Part shown: piece after piece, positions 36,697 to 50,488 of the stretch | Position numbering within the stretch: the first letter of the stretch is position 1 | Layout of the letters: every line of letters begins with the position of its first letter | DNA from: Azolla caroliniana | Lineage: Eukaryota > Plantae > Polypodiophyta | Assembly (NCBI GenBank): GCA_043228905.1 | Contig: JBHGNT010000008.1 | Location: 19,158,001-19,222,000, forward strand | Length of the DNA: 64,000 bases | Direction of reading: 5' to 3' | Translations under genes and position numbers: made by a program | The notes under the pieces: model-generated | The model's database searches: none | Told to the model about the DNA's origin: nothing | Seen by the model: the letters and a program-made list of their open reading frames with translations, nothing else

Positions 36697-39665
36697 ATGC
36701 AACAAGAAAACCCCCACCGCATGGAAGCCTTCACATTTCACGAACAGAGGAGCACAAACGAGGATAGGCGATTGAAGATCATAAGACGTGAGCCCACGCA
36801 CACACAGCCTCCTCAAACACACCCCTCACCAACGATCACCGACCTCGAAGAAGCCATGGACTTCCAAGCACTCTCTGAAGCAACCAAGAAGTGGCTAAGG
36901 CAACACGGGTTAGAAGGTTTCCTCACAATCATGGAGGCGCCACCACACCGGGAGGCGGAGAAGATAGTAAAAGAAATCGACACGGAACTAATCATAGAGG
37001 AGGTCATCCATGCTTTGATTGGCCTTCCGGAAGGGGGCATCTTCACTATCGACAACCCTACCCCGGAGCAGCTCCGAAAATATTTTGGGGAATACTCTCT
37101 GGCCAGCAAGGCCTACCGGACACAGGGCAGCGAAGATCCACTATTTCGAGAGATTGCCCGTGTGCTCCATGAATTTGGACATGTATACCCTCGACCCCCG
37201 TGCATGCCTCAGAACCGGGCTGGCTTAATCATAGCAACATATGAAGGCGTGAAGGTGGAATGGCCGGTACTGATTGCGGATGGCCTCTGTGCGGCCATTG
37301 ACTCTGTAAGAGGCAAGGAGGGTCCAAAGATATGGACGGCAGTGGCACAATGACTCACCCTATTGGCGCCACCTATCGAGCCCGTCAAGACCACGAAGCG
37401 GGGAAGAACAACCGAAGGCACCCCGAAAACGGCGGCCTCGAAACGGCAGCAATTGTTGTCCTCTAAGGCAACCAAAGGGAAGGCGCCGACACAGACTAGG
37501 CGGCAAAGGAGCGCGCCAATAGGAAGAGGCAGGCGGAAACGCAGCAGGAGCCACCGGCACGACCAATCAAGATCAGACTTCACCGACCGATTCAACAAGA
37601 GTCGAACCCCTTGGTAGCAAAAATCAACATCGGGACTCAAGAGGAGGAACCATTGGAGGAACCATTGGAGCACCTCCAGCGGCGCCAGAAGGCAAGCACC
37701 TCCGAACAAGACGGGCAGTGTTCGGACCCAAAGAAGGATGGAACGCCTCTACCCTGCACTGAGCATCCCGCACCAAGGGTGGAACCGGAACCGGTTCGGA
37801 TAGAACCTGTCACAGAGCTCCCTGCACAACAAACTATACTGGCGGATCAGGATACGGCAAGATCCGAAAGGCAAGCCCCGAAAGTACAGTTGCCTACCCC
37901 ACCAGTAGGTCAAGAGCAAGCAGAGGCGGAGCGGCCAATGGAGCCGCAACCGGAACCAGAACGGCAAAGTGGTCACCAACCAGAGACAGAGTTGCAGCTC
38001 GACGCAACCGGACAAAACCGACCACTGACCAACGACACCAACAGCCAACTCTCCGGGCAGACGCAACAACAGGGCACCGACAGCCAATGGCTCTGGTGGA
38101 TTGGAGAACAGATTGCCGGAGTGGTGCACTACATAGAGGCGGAAGAGAAAGCGCAGATGGACTGGTTGCGCGTCACAACTAGAGAACTAGAGACGACCCG
38201 ATTAAGGATCCGGAGCCTGGAACAAGACTTGGACTTGGCCACAAAAGAATTGGCCAAGTTGGCCTTAACAGGACCACAGCTCCAAGCACCAGTGACTCCG
38301 GTAGATGTACAGAATAAAGAAACATCGGCACCTGTACATAACAATAAGACCCCGGAGACGGAACCAGTCCCGGAGATAGTGGCGGCGCAAGCAAAAGAGC
38401 TTGCTAAATTGAAAGATGAATTGGCCGCACAAGAAGCATTACGGACCCGAGAACGGGACTTGAAGAAACCGGCAGAAGAAGAGCAAAGAAAGACTGTTGA
38501 GAACCTCCGCTGGGCAGAAGAGAATCTGCGGAAAGGACATTAGGCATATGACCGGCTTAAGGAGGAGAAAGAGAAAGCATTGCAAGAAAAGGAGAAGCTG
38601 TGACGGATGGCGGAAACGGAGATTGAAATACTTAAAGAAGAACTCCGTCAACAGAAGGATCGGGAAGACCGCGCTCGCTGGCAACTCAACTAGAAGTTGA
38701 AGCTGAAGACCGATGATTTTGAGCACCTGCACCGGGACTACAAGCACCTGGATACGGAGCATAAGAAACTACAGGAGAAGATGGCAGAGCTACGATAGGA
38801 GGTGTATCGAGCTGAGACGGCACTAGCGGAGGAACGGGCTGAAAGAACCACGCTGCTGGAAGAAGCTGCGCAAGAACGTATGGAGCTCCATAAGCAGCAT
38901 TATGAAGAGAAGGAAAGAGCGACAATGGTATTGCAGAGGTTGTAGAACACCTACCAACACCAATTGTCACATTACCGGGAGCAGGAGGCGGATACGGTGG
39001 CGTTGATCAAGCAATTGAAGGACGAACGACAAGTCGTGGAGGACAAATCGAAGATGGGACTTGAGCGGATCCAGTTCATTGTCTAGGCATGGAGGAACAA
39101 GACCAAACGCTTGATTGACGAAAGCTCCGCGCAATGGTGGGACAAATGGGCAAAGCACACAGCCGAGCTTTAGTTGCTAAGGGCGGACGCGGAAAACCGG
39201 CACAAGGATGGCGACGACTGCTACATGCTAACAAAAGAGGACTTCACCGCCGTAAGAGATGAGTTAGCAGAAGATTTTGTAACTCTGGCGGAGGAACAAT
39301 CTATAGTGGTCCGGCAACTGGTAGCAGAACTGGACGATGATCTACTGGATGCTCAAATCCAGTTTGAAATCTATGAGCGGACCAGGCTACGGAAAGGAGA
39401 AGCAAAGCAGGCGGCGACCGTCAACCTCAGCGATGAGGAGCCATCACTGGGGCAAGGACCGGACGGAGACAAGGCCGGGATGAGTCTACCGAAGTCAAAT
39501 CCGGCAGAGCCGCTGACGGAGGAATTACCGCCACAACCGCCGGTACAGGGAGCCGAACAACAGCCACAACCACAACAACAATAGCCACAGCAACAACAAC
39601 AGAGTTCCAAAGAACCATTGGACACCTTGGAGCAGAGTATTCTGGATATCTTGGACGAAGGCTAA
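36697..39665 (+). pseudogene. Extra 3' ORF of the gypsy element (globular N-terminus, P/E/Q-rich linker, long coiled coil), decayed
   Basis: ORF pieces 36697-37353, 37363-37617, 37611-38543 and 39174-39584. The last two share a frame, linked by K/E/L/Q heptad-like sequence broken only by TAG/TGA codons. Confidence 0.75.
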
Positions 39666-39718
39666 GGGCTGGATAGTGGGATTCGACGTACAAGGTACTG
39701 TCCCACGGGCGTGTCGTG

Positions 39719-40159
39719 TGTTACCCGGCCGACAAAGGAGTTAAAGACCAGAATGTGAAAGGAAATGGTTATTCGGAATAGATTATAATTAAGTAGTTTA
39801 TGAGACATGAACAGACGGACCGGAATCGGTATGCCGATCCTGATCCGGACTGGTTACGAATAGGTGTCGGTTAGCACTGTTTTGTACTTAGCACCGATAA
39901 CCTATATAAAGGCCAGGTTACAATGTAAAACTTTGACGGATAATTAATAGAGCTTCTTGTTTATCTTGAAGTATTGATTACCGTTCTGTACTAATTGTTC
40001 TATAATACGCGTGTATCAAGTCTAATGCCATAGTGCTAAGTAACTAATTAAGTCTGATTAATCATTGTGTCTTAAGTTATCTCTCCGTAACACCCCTTTG
40101 GTGAAGTGTCTTCCGTAGACACCCTATGTTAGGCCATTGTCCGGCCCTAAGGAATAACA
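39719..40159 (+). repeat. 3' LTR
   Basis: Direct repeat of 30226-30666, followed by TSD AAGAA. Confidence 0.95.
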
Positions 40160-40177
40160 AAGAAGTTTCCTCTCTAA

Positions 40178-40263
<86 letters not shown>

Positions 40264-40334
40264 GCTCAACCCCTTCGGAGGGGAGTGGAGCCACTCTTGG
40301 CTCTACCCCCCACCCCATTCTAGTAGATTATCAT

Positions 40335-41260
40335 GGAAGTCTTTGGTCTTTTTAGATGATTTTGCAGTATATGGTCGGCGACTCGAACATCTCAAACACC
40401 TATGCCTTTGCTTAGAGAAATGTCAAGCGACTTGACTGAGCTTGAATCCCGTGAAATGTGCCTTCGGCGTCGCTAATGGCGCGCTACTAGGACATATCGT
40501 CAACCGAGAAGGAATTGCAATAAATCTTCATAAGGTCAAAACAATAATCGAGCCTTTGGCACCAAAAAACGCGAAAACCCTGAGCAGATTTATAGGCAAG
40601 ATTCAATGGCACATCCGAATTGCTACTTGGCCGATTTCGCAACACCATTACATGCGATAGTACACCGCACGTTGTTTTGATGGATGCCTATAGAGGACAA
40701 GGCATTCCAGGCCTTGAAATTCATGTTGTCAAAGGTACTCGTAGTCCAACCACCAGACTAGACGAAACAATTCCCCGTTTTTGTCGACGCCTCAAACACA
40801 ACAATTGGCAGCACGCGTTGATGCAATTAATAGCACCAAACTAGTATTGGGTGGTATATTACGCCAGTTGGAGACTCTCAACAGCCGAGAAGATTTATTT
40901 GACCATGGAAAGAGAAGCCCTCGGGATGATCTACAACATCACCAAATTTTGACACTACCTTCTCGCCTGAAAATTTACTTTTCACGTAGATCAGTTGGCA
41001 CTACATTACCTCGTCACGAAACAATCATTGACAGGAAGATTGGCTAGATGGATGCTACTAATAAAAGATTTTGACTTTGAGATCCATCATAGGCCAAGGG
41101 TATAACACGTGGTAGTCGACTATTTGAGTTGAGTTGAATTTGGGAAAATAGTCGACGGTGTACAAGACAATTTCCCAGATGGGGAAATAATCAACTTAGC
41201 CGATTCCAATGACAGGAATGAAGACCCCGTGGACAAATGGATTGATGACATGATATACTT
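40335..41260 (+). pseudogene. RT/RNase H remnant of an older sister gypsy element
   Basis: VFLDDFAVYGRRLEHLKHLCLCLEKC, NPVKCAFGVANGALLGHIV. Parallels 34150-35060 but is more degenerate. Confidence 0.85.
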
Positions 41261-41261
41261 C

Positions 41262-43735
41262 TGTAACAGGATAAGTGCAAAAGTGTGCGCGGAAGACACA
41301 GAGTACACCATTTGGAAGTACTACAGTTTGGTAAACACAGAGAATATGAGGGAGAGAGAGAGAGAGACTAAGTGAGAGCTAACAACAAAACGATTCTATT
41401 ACGAAATGCCCAATACATACAATATGCTCAGTGAGCACTATTTATACAAGTTCTCAAAAGGACCGACACAAATACTGGCAAGCACTTGAATGCTCATAAA
41501 TGAGCAACTGACACTAACTCCCAAAAATATTCCTACGTAGATTATCAGTCCTAACGGCCTGCCGGCTCCACGCCTATCCAGCCTAGCCAATCGATCTCTG
41601 TTCAATCCGGTTGTCGACTTCTTCAGCCGATCCGGCCCAAGTTGAGCTTGCTTTACTTAACACTCCCCCTCAAGCTTAATTTGAGGTTCCTTGTAAGCTC
41701 TAGTTGGTCCAGTGCTCCAGCTTCTCCTGGCTTCATGCCTCCTAGTTCGTGCTCCTTGATCCATCCAGTCTGGCGCTCCTCGACATGCTCGGTCGACTTG
41801 TCTGTTGCTAAGGCCTTGTTCGGCCTTCATCTTGCCTTTGCGACTTTGGCACCCCTCGATCCGTCAACTCTCCCGCCTTGGCATCGTCTTCAGTCGCCTT
41901 CTCGTTCATTTGGTCTTCATGCAATTCGCCTGTTCGAAATCACTCTTCTCGACTAAATCGGTTGTCTCCGACTCGTCTTCCTTTAGGCCTTTCACCACAT
42001 CCGACCATGTCCTGGACCTAGCCTTTATCTTCAGGTTTGTGTTGTCCTTCTTGGCTTTGCCACCTGCCTCACTTTTCTCAGCTCTACTTCCCCCTTGTTC
42101 AATTGGTTCCAATTCCGGTTCATTCTTTTAGCCACTCCCCCTACAATTGTCCTCGACTTCTTCAACCGTCACGAAATCGAATTCAACATCCGATTCGGCT
42201 TCTCTCTCCTTCTCGCTCTCGCATTCACGACTTCTCCCTCTCAAGTTCGGCATTTGTGGTGCTGCAAGCCAGGCATGCTCGAAAATGGCCACAACTTGTC
42301 CAAGCCAAGAGGTATGGTGAAGACATCGGCAACCTGCCAATCCTCAGAACATATACAAGTTCCACTTCACCAGAGAGGATACGCTCACGGAAAAAATGAT
42401 AATGCATCTCAATGTGCTTGGTCCAGGGGTGGGAAACGGGGTTCTTTGCAAGTTGGATGCTACTAAGGTTGTCACAGTATATCACTATCAGTTCAGACAC
42501 CTCCACATGCAGATCCTTCAAGAGCCTCTTGAGCCATATGGCTTTGCATGTTGCGACAACCGCTCCTCGCTATTTGTCCTCTGTACTTGACAGTGCTACT
42601 GTTGGTTGTTTCTTGTTGCTCCATGCGATCACTGCACTTCCCAAGGAAAACGTAAATCCGGATGTGGACTTGCGATCACCGGCATTTCCAGTCTAGTTGG
42701 CATACATGTAGCCGACTAGTTGTCCGGCTACATGATCACCTTGCAGGAACACATTCTTTACAACCATTTGATGTAGATGCCACCCCTTTGTCGTCGCTAC
42801 CGGCAGTAAGACACTAACGGTCGTCATCTTCGCGACCGGCACAAATGTCTCATCGTAAGCAATGCCGCGTTGCTACACGTAGCCCTTGGCCACCAATCGA
42901 GCCTTGTATCGGTTGACGGAGCCATCACCGTTGTACTTAACTTTATATACCCACCGTCATCCGATCGCCTGGAAACTGAAATTATTGAGAACCATGCGCA
43001 TACACATTTCACATCCTCTGTCATAATGATAATCATGGAAAGTTGAATATAGTTTAGCCTTATGCAATGGTGACATCAAAATACATGCACCTATGTTTTG
43101 CTCTTTTTCAAATTGTTGGAGCTAGGTTTTTTTGAGATTGTAATAACCTAGAAGTATGATACTGCATCGTTTGTTGCTGAAATATATATTTGCCCCTTTG
43201 TTTGGCATTTTTGTTATTTTTATGACTTTGCTTCTTTGCACACTCCTTCCATGGGTTTTCACGTTAGTAGGAACCAGTGATATTTTACACATGGCTACCC
43301 AATAGAGTATCATCACCGATTCTTTACACGAGCTTACACTGTGTCATCCCAAAATGTAGAGAATATTGAGGATATGGTGCCTTTGAGAAAGCATGATGTT
43401 GTTAGGAGTTCGAATTACTTCTATTCCTAGAAAGTAATGGAGCTCCTTTATGTCTTTCATTTTAAGTCAGCTGGAGTGGAGCTTCTTGATCTGCTCAATG
43501 TCTACTAAGTGCTCTCCTCCTATGACCAAGTCATCCACATAAATGATGATATATACATGTCCTCTGGGGTCGCTCCGGATGAACAGAGAGTTATTGGGCG
43601 TGGACATGTTGAAGCCGATTTGATGAAGATATTGGGTTATCTTCGAATGTCATGCTCTCAGTGCCTGCTTGAGGTTGTAGAGAGGCTTTTCCAGTCGACA
43701 TATCGTAGGATTTTCTCTATTGAAATTAGACTCTT
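41262..43735 (-). mobile_element. Truncated, rearranged Ty1/copia: 3' LTR 41262-41662, PPT 41663-41670, RH and RT remnants
   Basis: Minus strand AGGGGGAG-TGTTAAG...TGTTACA. RH YCDNLSSIQLAKNPV..TKHIEMHYHF. RT KARLVAKG (~42890), LYNLKQA (~43675) and YVDD (~43538). Confidence 0.85.
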
Positions 43736-43781
43736 CATTGTTCATTTGGTCGAGTTGGACCAGACCGATTAACATTTTGCT

Positions 43782-46700
43782 TGTTACGGGCGTGACCACA
43801 TAATATCCCGTGGTGAGAATTTACCGTAGTATTCTATACACGTGGATAAGTGTGAGGGTTAAACGAGAGTGTAAAGAATGGAAGGGTTACTTTTAATCCT
43901 CGGGATTGAGACAACCCGTTAGGCCAAGTGTAAACTTGCTTGGGGGCCTTGGGTATCGCTATAAATATGAGGCCTAGCTACCCTCATTTCATCATATCTT
44001 GACTACGTCGAGACTCTGTTTCGTGGTGGGTCAACTCTTGTAGCAAGTGTGCCAACACCAGGTATGACTCGACGCCACGACGGTGGTATGGGACGCCGAT
44101 CGAGGCTCGAGTCCATGTCAATCCCTTCACTCGGGGGTGGTCGGGTGGATCGGCGCCCTTCAAGTCTCTCTCCTTTCTATCTATCTAACTTTTGTCCTTA
44201 TCATATGCTTATTGTAGATCACAACTCTAACAATTGGTATCTGAGCTTATGTTTCTAATGTTTCCTTTGTTTGTTTTTGTCTTCTTGATGTCCGATGGTG
44301 ATCGATCGACATGCGGTCGACCTTGATCCAAATAGCGATCAACAAAGGAACTTCGGTAACTCTTTCTTGTATTTATTATTATTTTTTATTCTCCCATCTA
44401 ATCATGTATATGGTTAATATGAATTTTTTGTCATTGATTCAATGATGTTGTAGTGGTAATTAATTGCTTGTATAAAATGTTTACATATGTGTATGAGGTC
44501 AATACCTCATTTGACATATATTTGATATGTGATTCATGTCATATGCGTATGAGGTTAATATTGAGCAATTGCGTATTACATTCACATACATATGTTACGT
44601 ATGCGTATGAGGTCAATAACTCGATTTTTTGTAAATAAGATGTGTTTGGTGTCGGATGCATAAGAGGTCAATACCTCAATTGCGTATTACGATTAACCCT
44701 TATTATTGGATGTTTCGTGTGCGTAGAGGCTATATACCTCGATTACGTGTCTCGATTTCATCATATCTTGGCTATTTGATGTTACGATTATTCTTAATAT
44801 ACGCATATGTGGTCACGTGTATATGTGTGATAAATATACATATGTGTATATTAGTTATTACGTGATTTATATATCGAATGTTGTCCTTTTCGGGGAACGG
44901 ATCTTAGTGGCCGTCCTCACATTTTTATGAGAATGGCGTAGTCACCATCCTTTTTCAACAATCTTTTTTGTTGACATCCCCATTGGTCACTTCAATTTCG
45001 TTACGTAACCGAATGATCATAGCCACGATGATGGTGAGAATATAGGGCTTGACCCACTTCATGTGAGGTTGCTCCTAGGACACACATATCCAACATCCCT
45101 CCCTCATTACATGGATACGATGCCACCATGAGACCATTCTTATGAAAGGCATTCATAATGAGGTAACCATGTGATGGGCCACGTGGGCCTACTACGAAAA
45201 GAGGGCTCATTTGGCTTGACCATTAGGTTGCACTTTGGCGTATGCCATCGCAATTATGAGACTTGAGGTTAGGTAACGTACCAACATAGTTTGTGGTAAA
45301 CGAGAGGGAAATAAGGACTCTTGACATATATGTTTCTTTTAAAAAAACATATATGGGCAAATGCCTCGCATATCTCTTATATGCATAAAAGGTTAAACAT
45401 TCAATACGAGCAACCTATTTGGTTAGCTCAAGTGTTTAATGCATTTGTGCTTGAGGTCTCGAGTTCAAATATGACCAAGACCATGATAGGACTTAGACCT
45501 AAAGTCTAAACATGTATTGACGTGAGATCATGATATCAATTAATGTTGGTCCATGATACATTGTTTACATCACGATTTTATGTTATGATTATTTGTCTGA
45601 CCTTATCCTATTTCTTTGCTAGAAATAATCATTCAATGGCTCAGAATAACGACCCGATGTCATCCGCTCAAGCGGAAGGAACTCAAGGAAATCCTCTTGG
45701 AGCAATCTCCATTGAGTTGTATTTCTTACAAATACAAAATTTCCTTAGTTCAACCGTTAATCATATGTCCGAACTTCGGCAATCTCAAAGTGCTCTCGAG
45801 GCACGTATCATTAGTTTACAACGTGACACTAATAGACCAGATGAGCGTCAAGGTGAACCATCATTTGTCGTAAAGCCATTTATGGGAGAAAAAAAGGAAA
45901 GAACCGAAGAAGCAATCTTCACGTGGTTGGGCCAATGTGAGTCTCATTTTGAGTTCTATCCCACGCCCGGTAGTACGAAGATTGCATATGTCGATTGAGA
46001 ACTAGGGGGTAAGGTCGCCGCCTAGTGGTGTGGGCTCTGAACTTTGGGGGAATTGCTAGATACCTGGACAGACATTGTCACAGTTTTTAAGGGCCAATTT
46101 CTACAACCTCTCTCTCAAACCGAGGCAACACAAGCGTTAATGAACCTCTCTAGCCGGAAATTTTCTTCGCTAGAAGACTATGTCCACCATGCTAGAACCC
46201 AAATCCAAAATTCGGGTCTAGAAGAGGACAATTGGTTGATAGCTTGTTTTGTCAATGACATCCCCAATTCAGATTATCACTAGATAGTGCACGATAAGGA
46301 TCCAAAATCCTTCGAGGAGGCCGTTGAAATAGTTCTTCGCTATCAACGCACTTCGAAGAAGGACCATAACAAACCCAAAGAAGTGCCCAGGACTAAGCAG
46401 TCACAATTTGTTGGGAAACGCAAGACACCCAACGAATTCATGGATCGTGATTGTAAGCGACAACATCCTTTTTGCGTATTCTGCAAAAAGAAGGGTCATA
46501 CAAAAGAACAATGTCAAAAGCTCCAATGGAAAGAGCACGACAACAAAGCAAAAGTTGCAGACTATAAAGGTCAGATTCCTAATGTCCTTGAGGTCTATTC
46601 ACATCATTTAAGTAATTGTCAATGTTCTTTCCCTCACTATGTATTGGGACCCAATGATTTACTACGTGGAAACGGGTATATCAATGGATCTCCTGTACAA

Positions 46701-47915
46701 TTTTTATTTGATTCGGGAAGCTCACACAACTTTCAGAATAATCGTTTGGTTCAGATATGGGGAATCCAACCCACCATAAGTGATCACACCTATAGGGTGC
46801 ACTTGGCTGATGGAAGAGTACAATACATCAACAAGGCGATTCATTCATTAGGAATTTCTATTGATACTTATGTAGAGGAAGTAAACTTCCATGTAATGAA
46901 TCTTTGTACCACTGATGCACTGATGTAATACTGGGTTATCCCTTGTTTTATAATAAAAACTCTTCTTTGTCTATTGATTGGGTTCATCATTCCATTTCCT
47001 TTGTACTAAACGATTGTACTCATTTTATTCAATGTGTAAATAAACAATCCCTTTCGATTGTTTCCCTTCCATCAATATCTAAGTTGTCTTGTTCTTCTTT
47101 ATTTTATTGTGTACTTGATCTGAACATTCACATTTATAATATTGATAACATCTCGGGTCAATTGACATATTTTGAACAACAACAACTCGATAAAATCTTA
47201 AATGATTTTCATGATGTTTTTCCGAGTGAACTACCACATGGGTTACCTCCTAAACGTAATATAAACCATCGTATAGATAGTGTACCTGGCGTTGCACCAA
47301 TAAGTATACCCCCTTATCGCTTAAGTCAATTCGAAGAGGATGAGGTATCTAAGCAACTCAAGGACTATTTACGAATGGGTTATATGCGTTATAGTAAATC
47401 TCCATGGGGTGCACCTGTTCTCTTGGTAAAAAAGAAATAGGGCGCATGGCGTATGTGTATTAATTACCAACCCTTGAATAAAGTGAAGATCAAGAATTCA
47501 TATCCATTGCCTCGGGCTAACGATCTAATTGACCGTCTCCAGGGAGCACGGTATTTTACGAAACTTGATCTATGTACAGGCTACCATTAAATTCATATAA
47601 GTGAGGACGATGTTCCTAAAACGACATTTTGTACACGCTATGGCCATTATGAGTTTTTGGTTATGCCTTTTGGTTTGACCAATGCTTCAGCCACATTTCA
47701 ACAAGAAATGAATGGCATTTTCCGAGAACAACTTGGAAAATTTATCGTTATTTTCTTTGATGATATTGTAGTTTATAGTCGTACATTAGAAGAACATGCT
47801 AAACATGTCCGCTTTGTTTTACAAACATTGCGCAACAAGCAATTCTACGCGAATATCTCAAAATTTGAGTTCTTCAAGAAATCAATTACTTATCTTGGAC
47901 ATCTTATAATCGAAT
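43782..47915 (+). mobile_element. 3'-truncated Ty3/gypsy (chromovirus-like): 5' LTR 43782-44232, PBS 44235-44246, gag-PR-RT from 45636
   Basis: TGTTA...TAACA LTR, PBS TGGTATCTGAGC (iMet), CVFCKKKGHTKEQC, FLFDSGSSHNF, SKSPWGAPVLLVKKK, MPFGLTNA, FFDDIVVYS. Multiple stops. Confidence 0.9.
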
Positions 47916-48220
47916 GAGGACTTGAAATGTTGGTAGGGTTGGAATGGACGTCAATGGACGATTCTGGTGGGAGGCGAGGATCACGCCCATAGAGTGCTCG
48001 AAAAGGGCTGATTCGTGTGGCAACCTCCTGCTTGAGGGTCTTGTTGAGGCGTTCGGTGGGGCCATTGGTCCGAGGATGGTATGAGGGCGTAAACACTTGG
48101 TGGACACCTAGTTGAGCTAGAACGACGTTGAGGACATCCTCGTGGAACTGGCGACCCTGATCATGATTAGATAATAGTTGGATGGGGCTAGTGACGGAAA
48201 ACCAGCTAGCAATTGGCGGA
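47916..48220 (-). pseudogene. Inverted gypsy integrase fragment
   Basis: FTPSYHPRTNGPTERLNKTLKQ...SPFRALYGRDPRLP. Confidence 0.75.
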
Positions 48221-48471
48221 TAGAGATCAATTGCTCCTGTGGACTGAGGGCCACCTGGACTTGGCAGAGGTGGGGGACAAGAGGGCTATAAGCGAATAGA
48301 GATCAATCGCTCCTATGGACTGAGGGCCACTTGGACTTGGCTGAGGTGGGGGAACAAGAGGGCTATCGTGTCGAAGAGGGATCGGGTAACACTCGTGGGA
48401 CAAGAAGTTAGTGGGCAAGCTAAGGTTGGCGAGGGGGAAAAGAGGTGGATGCTTGGACTGGTACAATATAA

Positions 48472-49580
<1,109 letters not shown>

Positions 49581-50488
49581 TCGCCATCGCCATCGCCATC
49601 GCCATCGCCAATCTCCTGCTCCTTCTCTGCTTCCAGTTTTGCGTGTGTGTATTACACATACATATATTGAGGGGGGGATTCATCATCTCCACCTTCATCG
49701 CCATCGCCATCGGTATCTTCATCTGTATCTTCTTCATCGCCATATCCATCCTCGCTTTCAGTTTTGAGATCGAGCTAGCGAGCGTGTGTGTGAGCGAGCT
49801 TTATCTACATATCCATATACATCTCCATCTCTGCTTTCACTTTTGTGTGAGAGAGAGTGAACGAAAAACTTCATCTCCATCTGTATCTTTGTATCTGCAC
49901 GTTCTCCATCGTTGCTTTCATTTTTGCATCTCCGATAGCAAGCAAGAAAGAGAGAAAGAAAGAAAGAAAGAAAAGACAAAGGGAGTTTCACCATCATCAT
50001 CGCCATCACTTTCGTCTTCATATGCAGTGCTTTTAATTTTCCCCCCCGGAAACCTCTTGATTTCTTTTCTCATCCTCAGGTTTTCCCCGTAAACTACCAA
50101 AGATAATTCATTCCCTTCTTCTCTTCTCCATTGTGCCTATGGATCTTCTTACTTATTTGAAATGATCAGCATTTCCTTTACTCTGCAAATCGCTTAAGGT
50201 TTTCTCGTTCATCATTATCACCATTCCAACTTCCGAACGCGTTTCCTGTTTTACCTGTCATTGTCTTCACCATTATTATAGACCATAAAATTGTATGCAC
50301 AAACAGCATTTTTTCCCTCTTCCAAGCTACTCTTTCAGGTATATTTCCTAGGATTTATACTGTACCTGCGCATCTTCTTCCTTCATCAAAGAATACTGTG
50401 TTTTTCTTGTGTTTCCCCTTTTTCCAGTGTAGATTTCAAGCCTTCTTCTACATCAACGTTCGATATTTCTATCTTTCATTTTGCAATT

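Larger units (their letters stand above)
30226..40159 (+). mobile_element. Full-length Ty3/gypsy LTR retrotransposon (non-chromovirus, Athila/Tat-like), decayed
   Basis: 441-bp LTRs at 30226-30666 and 39719-40159 (TG..CA, ~20 substitutions by eye). TSD AAGAA on both sides. Order gag-PR-RT-RH-INT plus an extra ORF. Confidence 0.95.

Noticed and set aside
30819-38970. Many long minus-strand ORFs within the gypsy element
   Set aside because: Shadows of GC-richer sense coding sequence, with no independent motifs.
40124-40435. ORFs with CVCV/LSLS runs (also 48557-48827)
   Set aside because: Compound (GT)n(CT)n microsatellite translations.
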